From contig JASLKT010000001.1 of assembly GCA_030747395.1 (NCBI GenBank), positions 4,661-68,660 of the forward strand: a DNA stretch of 64,000 nt, read 5' to 3'. The stretch's first letter is position 1. Every line of letters begins with the position of its first letter. The notes under the pieces are model-generated. The model did no database searches and was not told where the DNA came from. It saw nothing but the letters and a program-made list of their open reading frames with translations. The position numbers and the translations under genes were made by a program. This DNA is from Candidatus Thalassarchaeaceae archaeon. GTDB lineage: Archaea; Thermoplasmatota; Poseidoniia; Poseidoniales; Thalassarchaeaceae. Positions 58,166 through 64,000 of this stretch are shown in pieces.

Positions 58166-60468
58166 ATGACGATGTAGATCCATTTGACCTCTCAAAGGCA
58201 CTTGAAGGCGCGGCAAAAGCGCACCTTGATCCATCAATCTCGAAGTTTCAACTCCATTCGGAATATGGGATGGCTGGGGACCAAGAATCTGCAATTGAAA
58301 AAACTCTTTCTCAATTGAAAGATTCACAGTCTCGGTGCGTGATGCTTGGGGTTACAGGTTCGGGCAAAACATTCGCCATGGCCAATATCATTCAAGAATT
58401 GAATATCCCGACACTGATTTTATCTCATAACAAGACTTTGTCACGCCAACTTTGGCAGGAAATGTCGGGGTTATTTCCTGAAAATGCGGTTGAATATTTC
58501 GTATCGCACTATGACTACTACCAACCTGAAGCCTACCTACCCAAAAGAGACCTGTACATCGAGAAGGAGCTTTCACTGAATGAACGGATTGAACAAGAAA
58601 GGTTCTCCACTGTTGCCTCATTGGTCTCCCGACCAGATGTACTCGTCGTGGCAACCGTATCTGCAATTTATGGCCTCAACCCACCCGAGACGTTTTTGCA
58701 ACAACATGCCCGACTCCACGTTGGCCAACAAGTGGAACCACAGGAGGTTGTCAAGGAATTAGTTGCACTACAGTATCGACGTGTCACTGGAGAAATATCC
58801 AGGGGTGAATTGCGTTTGAGGGGCGAGGTTCTAGACATATGGATGCCGAGTCGCGATGATCCAATTCGCCTCCGCTTCGATTTAGATGGCATTACACGAA
58901 TTCAAGTCTGCGAGGCTGTATCATGGGAAGCAATCGATGAAATTGAAGAGGTTTGGATTCATCCAAAGGAATTTTTCATGACTGGTCCCGATCGATTTGA
59001 GAAAGCCCTGGAAGACATTGAATTCGAACTACAACAGAGATTAGACTTCTTTGAGAAAGCCGGCATGGATTTGGAGGCACATCGCTTAGAGTCTAAGACT
59101 CGTTATGACCTCGACATGCTTCGTGAAATCGGACACTGTCGTAGTGTCGAGAATTACTCTATGCACTTTGATGGGCGGAACTTTGGTGAACGGCCATATT
59201 GTTTACTCGACTTCTTTTCTGCATGCGCGCAAACATTCCATGGTTCAAAGGAAAAATTCCTAGTCATCATGGATGAGAGTCATGTTACATTACCACAATT
59301 AGGTGGAATGTATCACGGGGACCGCTCAAGAAAAGAGAATTTGATTGAGCATGGGTTTAGATTGCCCTCCGCTGCAGATAACCGACCATTGATGGCTGAC
59401 GAATTCCAATCCTTAGTGCCTCAAATTCTCTATGTGAGTGCAACTCCTGGTGAACGTGAATTGCGGCAACTTTGTGAATCGACAGGCCAGCCCGTGCAAG
59501 AAGTCGATCCAAAGGCAAAACGAAAACCACTACTGAAGGATGCGCTCGGAGAAATTCAAGGGATTTCAAGAATGGAAATCCGCCCCACGGGATTACTCGA
59601 TCCAGCCATTGAAGTTCGCCCGACTGAAGGACAAATTCAGAATTTGCTAGATGAAATTACAACATGTGCACGGAAAAATGAGAGGGTGTTGGTCACTGTG
59701 ATGACAATTAAATTTGCAGAAGAAGTGGCTGATTACTTGCAACGAATGGGTGTAAAAGCTCACTACCTGCATTCTGAAATTGATACATTGGAACGAAGTG
59801 AAATCATCAAAGCATTACGTATTGGTCACATCGATGTGATCGTTGGAATCAATCTCTTACGTGAAGGGTTAGACCTCCCAGAGGTGAGTTTGGTGGCAAT
59901 TTTTGATGCGGATAAAGAAGGATTTCTTCGCAATGAACGAAGTTTACTGCAAACGATTGGGAGGGCCTCTCGGAATCAGAATGGCAGAGTGATTCTTTAT
60001 GCCGATACAATGGGTAGGGCAATGGAATCTGCAATATCTCAGACTATTGAACGAAGGCAAAGGCAAATTGCACACAATGAGGAGAATGGAATCACTCCAA
60101 CAACTATCGAGAAACCCTTGCCTGTGATGGGAATTGAGGCTGAACAACTACTCGCAGGAACCGCCGGTAAAGGCGTAACTGGAGGGAAGCGATTCGTTGG
60201 AGGGTTTACCGGTCAAACCGGCAAGGACAAAGAAAGTGATCTGATTCAGAAATTCAACCTTGGTGCCGGTTCTTGGGGTGACGACATCGTCTCCAATCTA
60301 TCACAACCTTCTGATGCGGATGTGTCTACAGGGCATAGCGATTCAAGTAAACTATTGATTGAGCGATTGAGGAAAGAAATGAATCAATCCGCTGCTCGCC
60401 TTGACTTTGAGAAAGCAGCCGAGTTGAGAGATAGAATTTTCCAATTGGAAAACTCAAATTTCAATTGA
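58162..60468 (+). CDS. uvrB: excinuclease ABC subunit B
   Basis: GDQESAI, GVTGSGKTF Walker A, DESH box, helicase C, beta-hairpin region and a C-terminal UVR motif (LRKEM...AAELRDRI). About 100-aa Gly/Thr-rich insertion before the UVR motif. Start ATG 58162 (MNDDVDPF). Confidence 0.9.
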   Translation: MNDDVDPFDLSKALEGAAKAHLDPSISKFQLHSEYGMAGDQESAIEKTLSQLKDSQSRCVMLGVTGSGKTFAMANIIQELNIPTLILSHNKTLSRQLWQEMSGLFPENAVEYFVSHYDYYQPEAYLPKRDLYIEKELSLNERIEQERFSTVASLVSRPDVLVVATVSAIYGLNPPETFLQQHARLHVGQQVEPQEVVKELVALQYRRVTGEISRGELRLRGEVLDIWMPSRDDPIRLRFDLDGITRIQVCEAVSWEAIDEIEEVWIHPKEFFMTGPDRFEKALEDIEFELQQRLDFFEKAGMDLEAHRLESKTRYDLDMLREIGHCRSVENYSMHFDGRNFGERPYCLLDFFSACAQTFHGSKEKFLVIMDESHVTLPQLGGMYHGDRSRKENLIEHGFRLPSAADNRPLMADEFQSLVPQILYVSATPGERELRQLCESTGQPVQEVDPKAKRKPLLKDALGEIQGISRMEIRPTGLLDPAIEVRPTEGQIQNLLDEITTCARKNERVLVTVMTIKFAEEVADYLQRMGVKAHYLHSEIDTLERSEIIKALRIGHIDVIVGINLLREGLDLPEVSLVAIFDADKEGFLRNERSLLQTIGRASRNQNGRVILYADTMGRAMESAISQTIERRQRQIAHNEENGITPTTIEKPLPVMGIEAEQLLAGTAGKGVTGGKRFVGGFTGQTGKDKESDLIQKFNLGAGSWGDDIVSNLSQPSDADVSTGHSDSSKLLIERLRKEMNQSAARLDFEKAAELRDRIFQLENSNFN
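60437..60468. repeat. tandem CAATTG-palindrome element: TTTTCCAATTGGAAAA (perfect) + TTTCAATTGA, centres 20 bp apart, forming the last codons of uvrB and ending 1 nt before the deoxyhypusine synthase ATG
   Basis: Read from sequence. Encodes ...FQLENSNFN-stop. Confidence 0.6.
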
Positions 60469-60469
60469 T

Positions 60470-61498
60470 ATGTTCAACCCGCCAATTCAAGTGAGGGAGG
60501 TGGGTCGCGAAGGCGTTCCCATGACGATTAATCCCGATGATTTCGACGTTCCTGTCGTAGACTACGATTTCGATGAAATCGAGGGTGTTCCATCATTGAT
60601 TGATCAAATGGCTCAAGCAGGTGGTTTCACGGCAACGAAACTTGCTCACGCCCGAGATATTCTCAGGGATGCAATAGCAAAATCGCAGTCAGATGGTGTT
60701 CTGAATTGGCTCTCATTCCCCGCTTGCCTTTGTGCAACTGGAACTCGTGGATTTTTCGTTGAAGCAATAAAACGCAAGGCATACAATGTCATCATCACCA
60801 CTTGCGGAACACTCGACCATGACATCGCTAGGACATTTCAATCCTACTACCACGGAGCCTTCGAACTGGACGATGTTGAACTTGGAGAACAAGGTTTGAA
60901 TCGGCTAGGAAACGTGATTGTACCCAATGAATGCTATGGGGATATTCTAGAGAAATCAGTTTTACCTTGGCTTCAAGAAATTGAAGTTGAGAGGAAAAAT
61001 ATGAATCCTGAAAATCCATGGAGAGGGTTTGGAAGTATCGAATTGTGCTGGGCATTTGGTGACCGGATTAAAGATGAGAGTAGTTTGTTACACTGGGCTG
61101 CAAAACACAGAATCCCTATCGTCATCCCTGGTCTATCCGATGGATCTATTGGCGCTCAATTATTCATACACCGACAGAGAAGTCCTGATTTCATGGTTGA
61201 TTTCTTGGCTGACGAACAAGTACTATCTGATCTCACTTGGACGTGTGATGAAAGTCATGCTTTGATGGTGGGGGGCGGCATTTCAAAACACCACGTTATA
61301 TGGTGGAATCAGTATAGAGATGGGTTGGATTCTGCAGTTGGTATTACGACTGCCCCTGAACATGATGGGAGCCTCTCAGGTGCACGTTTGAAGGAAGCTA
61401 TTTCATGGGGTAAAATTCGCCCAGAAGCACCTCAGGTCACCGTGGAAGGGGACGCGAGTGTTCTTCTACCGTTACTTGGTTCAGACCTGTTCGGCTGA
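60470..61498 (+). CDS. dys: deoxyhypusine synthase
   Basis: 342 aa, conserved DHS blocks (GGFTATKLAHA..., CATGTRGFFVEAI, TTCGTLDHD, WAAKHRIPIV, GGGISKHH). Confidence 0.85.
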   Translation: MFNPPIQVREVGREGVPMTINPDDFDVPVVDYDFDEIEGVPSLIDQMAQAGGFTATKLAHARDILRDAIAKSQSDGVLNWLSFPACLCATGTRGFFVEAIKRKAYNVIITTCGTLDHDIARTFQSYYHGAFELDDVELGEQGLNRLGNVIVPNECYGDILEKSVLPWLQEIEVERKNMNPENPWRGFGSIELCWAFGDRIKDESSLLHWAAKHRIPIVIPGLSDGSIGAQLFIHRQRSPDFMVDFLADEQVLSDLTWTCDESHALMVGGGISKHHVIWWNQYRDGLDSAVGITTAPEHDGSLSGARLKEAISWGKIRPEAPQVTVEGDASVLLPLLGSDLFG

Positions 61499-61960
61499 AT
61501 GTGCAATACATTCCATCAAACCGACTCGCATGGCAGTCATTGGCCGCCAACCATCAGTCCCACAAGCAACCAATGCATCATGCAGTGGCCCAAGATTCGG
61601 ACGCCGACGCTCGCCTCTGTATCGTACAGCGGCTGGTGAAGGAACCTCACTAAGAGATTCAATTGTGTGTGTATGTTCTAAGGCATTTTGAAATCGAGAC
61701 CAAAGAACCTTGATTTCGTCTACAACCATCTTTTGCGTCCAAGCACGCCGGCCACACAATTGAAAAATACCCTTAACAGCATTCTCAGAAAGTATTCTTT
61801 GTGCTACTTCAGCATCACGAATGTGGACCCAATGATAAATTGTAGAATCGGTTACAGGCTCATTTCCAACCAATATTTCAGAAATCCACCGATTGATTGG
61901 GCCATTTCCTCCAGGAGAATATACATCGATGAATTCTATTTCAAGTGATGTTGACATTTG
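61481..61960 (-). CDS. hypothetical protein
   Basis: ORF 61481..62140 trimmed to MSTSLEIEF (ATG 61958-61960) to avoid overlapping the aminotransferase gene. No recognizable motif. Convergent with dys (18-nt 3' overlap). Confidence 0.35.
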   Translation of the reverse strand, partial: QMSTSLEIEFIDVYSPGGNGPINRWISEILVGNEPVTDSTIYHWVHIRDAEVAQRILSENAVKGIFQLCGRRAWTQKMVVDEIKVLWSRFQNALEHTHTIESLSEVPSPAAVRYRGERRRPNLGPLHDALVACGTDGWRPMTAMRVGLMECIAHSAEQV

Positions 61961-61970
61961 ATTCACCCAA

Positions 61971-63494
61971 TCAAACGTCGTTAAGGGTGCCATAGTGACT
62001 GAGGGTTTGGCGAATGAGGTCGATGATGAGGTCGATCTCTTCGGTGGTAATGGAAAAATGGGGGGTGAAGCGCAATGCATTTTGGCCGCCGTGTATGACT
62101 CCAAGGCCCGCCTTTCGACAATGTTCTTCAATTTGACCAAATCCTACAACCGGGTGTGTCTCTGGATTCAATTCAGCACAACAAAGCAAACCGGTACCCT
62201 GCACTTTGACAATTACATCGGGGTATTCAGCCGCCAATAGTTCAAGTTTTGAAATCAATTCAACGCCCCGTTCTCGAATATTGTTTCTAAGTTCAGGTGT
62301 GATTTGATCCAGAACTGCAACTGCTGTTTCCAATGCTCGAGGATTGGTCGTCATGGTGTTGCCATAAATTCCAACTACGTAGAGTTCTGATGCACGAGGG
62401 GATAATCCAAGGACGGAGAGGGGGAATTGGCCAGCATTGAGAGCCTTTGACCAAGTCTCCAAGTCTGGGACACCACAGGTTTCGAATCCAGGGTAATCAA
62501 TAATTGAAAGACACCCTCGTCCACGCAACCCTGCTTGGATGGAATCCACCAGTAACATGCTGCCGTGTTCAAGTGTGAGCCTTCTAGCTTCATCGTAGAA
62601 TTCACGTGTGACACACTGTCCTGGATTCCCCTCTCCTTGTACGGGCTCAATGGCCATCAATTCGATGAAAAAACCATCTTCTTCAGCGCGTGAAAAAATG
62701 CTGCGAAGAGACTCGATGTCGTTGGGAGGGACCAGTAACAAATTATCACGGTCACGGAACGATGCTAGGTTTTGATCGTATCCATCTTTGCAAGAATGTG
62801 AAATTTGAGCCGGGCGATCTGTTCGTCCATGAAAAGCCTGCTCAATCGCCAGGAGTTTGATTGGTTTGCCTTCGTGCCGCCCGCCTGCTCCGGTCAACCG
62901 GTTGGCATTCACATCTGCAATCCTCAAACTAACCGCGACAGATTCTGAGCCACTATTCATGCAAATGAATTTTGAAAATGGGCACTCTCCACGTGTGTGG
63001 CCCAATTCATTTCGGAGGCGGTTTGATAGGCGTTGTTGGCTGAATGAAGGAGTCATGACATTGGCCATAACCCAATTTTGAGACATTGCCTCAATGACTG
63101 CATCAGGGCCATGCCCCCCTCCCAACATTCCGTAACTTCCATTATCATGAAGAACGGCTCCTTTTGAGGTGATTACCCATGGCCCTCGTGCAGCAATTGC
63201 CACATATGGATTGATTGTAGCAGCAGAATAAAAATTGATGTAATCTGACTGAACAGATGAAACAAGAATGGCTTCATCCTGAGCCAAATACTCCAGTCCA
63301 ACTTCATCGATTAGATTGGTGAAAATAAGCGAAGCTTCTTCAATCGCTTGAACCAATTGATTATCGAGAATACAAAATCGCCGAATAATCTCATCCGAGA
63401 GGCCAGTGGTTTGAGCAGAGGACCCATTGGAAAGTCGTCGGATCTCCTTCAGATGCTCAAGCATGTTCGATTCGACAGGGAGGGCATCCATCAA
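61971..63494 (-). CDS. class III pyridoxal-phosphate aminotransferase (acetylornithine/ornithine/GABA-AT family) with ~85-aa N-terminal extension
   Basis: Fold-type I AT-III blocks: RGPWVITSKGAVLHDNGSYGMLGGGHGP, FHGRT, LLVDSIQAGLRGRG (diverged D-E-x-Q-x-G-x-G-R-x-G), and a Lys region. 507 aa. Confidence 0.75.
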   Translation of the reverse strand: MMDALPVESNMLEHLKEIRRLSNGSSAQTTGLSDEIIRRFCILDNQLVQAIEEASLIFTNLIDEVGLEYLAQDEAILVSSVQSDYINFYSAATINPYVAIAARGPWVITSKGAVLHDNGSYGMLGGGHGPDAVIEAMSQNWVMANVMTPSFSQQRLSNRLRNELGHTRGECPFSKFICMNSGSESVAVSLRIADVNANRLTGAGGRHEGKPIKLLAIEQAFHGRTDRPAQISHSCKDGYDQNLASFRDRDNLLLVPPNDIESLRSIFSRAEEDGFFIELMAIEPVQGEGNPGQCVTREFYDEARRLTLEHGSMLLVDSIQAGLRGRGCLSIIDYPGFETCGVPDLETWSKALNAGQFPLSVLGLSPRASELYVVGIYGNTMTTNPRALETAVAVLDQITPELRNNIRERGVELISKLELLAAEYPDVIVKVQGTGLLCCAELNPETHPVVGFGQIEEHCRKAGLGVIHGGQNALRFTPHFSITTEEIDLIIDLIRQTLSHYGTLNDV

Positions 63495-63550
63495 TGTTCG
63501 CAGAATGAAAGTTCAAACAACATCTGATATCGACTATAATTCCAAATAAA

Positions 63551-63720
63551 TTTCCAATTGGTGAAAGAATTTAGGGCGCTCCTGCAAGTCAATTTTTATA
63601 TTGGCCGATAATGTTGTATTATCTGCCTTTTCAATTGAAAATGAACAAATGCACATCTGGGCGTATTATCAATTATTCAATTGAAAACTCTTTGATTATC
63701 CGCCTTTTTCAATTGAACAA
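63551..63720. promoter_or_regulatory. divergent intergenic region carrying four CAATTG-palindrome copies (TTTCCAATTGGTGAAAG 63551-63567; CCTTTTCAATTGAAAATG 63626-63643; TATTCAATTGAAAACT 63676-63691; TTTTTCAATTGAACAA 63705-63720)
   Basis: Read from sequence. 317-bp AT-rich gap between the aminotransferase start (63494, - strand) and the next + strand gene (63812). Confidence 0.55.
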
Positions 63721-63811
63721 CTGATTTAATTTCACAATGGGATGGTTTAATAGCCCAATCGACCCGTCGGATATCAGGCAGGATGGGATGTTGCAATAGG
63801 AGACGGAAACA

Positions 63812-64000
63812 ATGGTAGATGATAATTACAGAATTCAGGAACTTCTACAAAGAGAAGTGTACGTTGGTGAGAACCTCGTCGGGACGATTGTGGGTGAACG
63901 ATATCACCCCAACGAAGATCGCGTCAGATCGATGCGGATTCAGGTCAAACCAAACGTAGCAGAAGAATACATGCGCAAACCGGCTGAGCATGCACCACTA
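63812..64000 (+). CDS. PRC-barrel-like protein, 3'-truncated at window edge
   Basis: ATG 63812 after AGGAGACGG. MVDDNYRIQELLQREVYVGENLVGTIVGERYHPNEDRVRSMRIQV fits the PRC-barrel pattern. No stop before the window end. Confidence 0.35.
   Translation, partial: MVDDNYRIQELLQREVYVGENLVGTIVGERYHPNEDRVRSMRIQVKPNVAEEYMRKPAEHAPL

Noticed and set aside
62478-62489. tRNA T-arm-like GGTTTCGAATCC
   Set aside because: Lies inside the aminotransferase CDS with no acceptor or anticodon-arm complementarity around it. No tRNA or rRNA genes found anywhere in the window.
1-64000. Search for CRISPR arrays, transposases/integrases, toxin-antitoxin pairs or prophage blocks
   Set aside because: No direct-repeat/spacer periodicity, no DDE/tyrosine-recombinase-like ORFs, no att-like flanking repeats. 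The only repeat family is the short CAATTG palindrome element, reported separately.

Overview
Gene-dense 64-kb chromosomal segment with about 49 protein-coding genes (roughly 90% coding) that reads as archaeal. No rRNA, tRNA, CRISPR array, transposase or integrase was detected. Archaeal markers are an Hjc-type Holliday-junction resolvase, separate PyrB/PyrI genes, a CDC48-type double-AAA ATPase, deoxyhypusine synthase, an Ncs6/TtuA-type PP-loop thiolase with zinc ribbons at both ends, a digeranylgeranyl-lipid-reductase-family flavoprotein, an archaeal-type signal peptidase I and an Lhr-like helicase. Bacterial-type genes sit alongside: UvrB, CcmF, a UbiA/UbiD pair, a methylcrotonyl-CoA-carboxylase (leucine degradation) cluster, an M28 peptidase, an ALDH7-like dehydrogenase, a site-2 protease and a CrtI-family desaturase. 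The window also holds a 1711-aa CARDB-containing surface protein and a second 747-aa secreted protein. Operon-internal genes carry strong GGAGGTGA Shine-Dalgarno sites. Protein, lipid and amino-acid catabolism plus giant surface proteins are consistent with a planktonic heterotrophic euryarchaeon (Marine Group II/Poseidoniales-like), but lineage cannot be proven from sequence alone. The most notable signals are: (1) a recurrent ~32-bp element built from two CAATTG-centred palindromes (TTTTCCAATTGGAAAA-like) spaced 20-21 bp centre to centre, found at 6 or more loci at gene junctions and promoters, twice fused into CDS 3' ends; (2) a 3-gene operon of a Roadblock/LC7 protein, a 1078-aa multi-Roadblock long coiled-coil protein and a 2-TM peptide, with no GTPase nearby; (3) a presenilin/SPP-like intramembrane protease fused to a large ectodomain; (4) a head-to-head pair of unrelated resolvase-fold nucleases next to an orphan DPPY methyltransferase; (5) a convergent P-loop kinase plus dCMP-deaminase pair; (6) a CDC48, PRC-barrel, DUF4350-like, DUF58 gene array with no MoxR ATPase.
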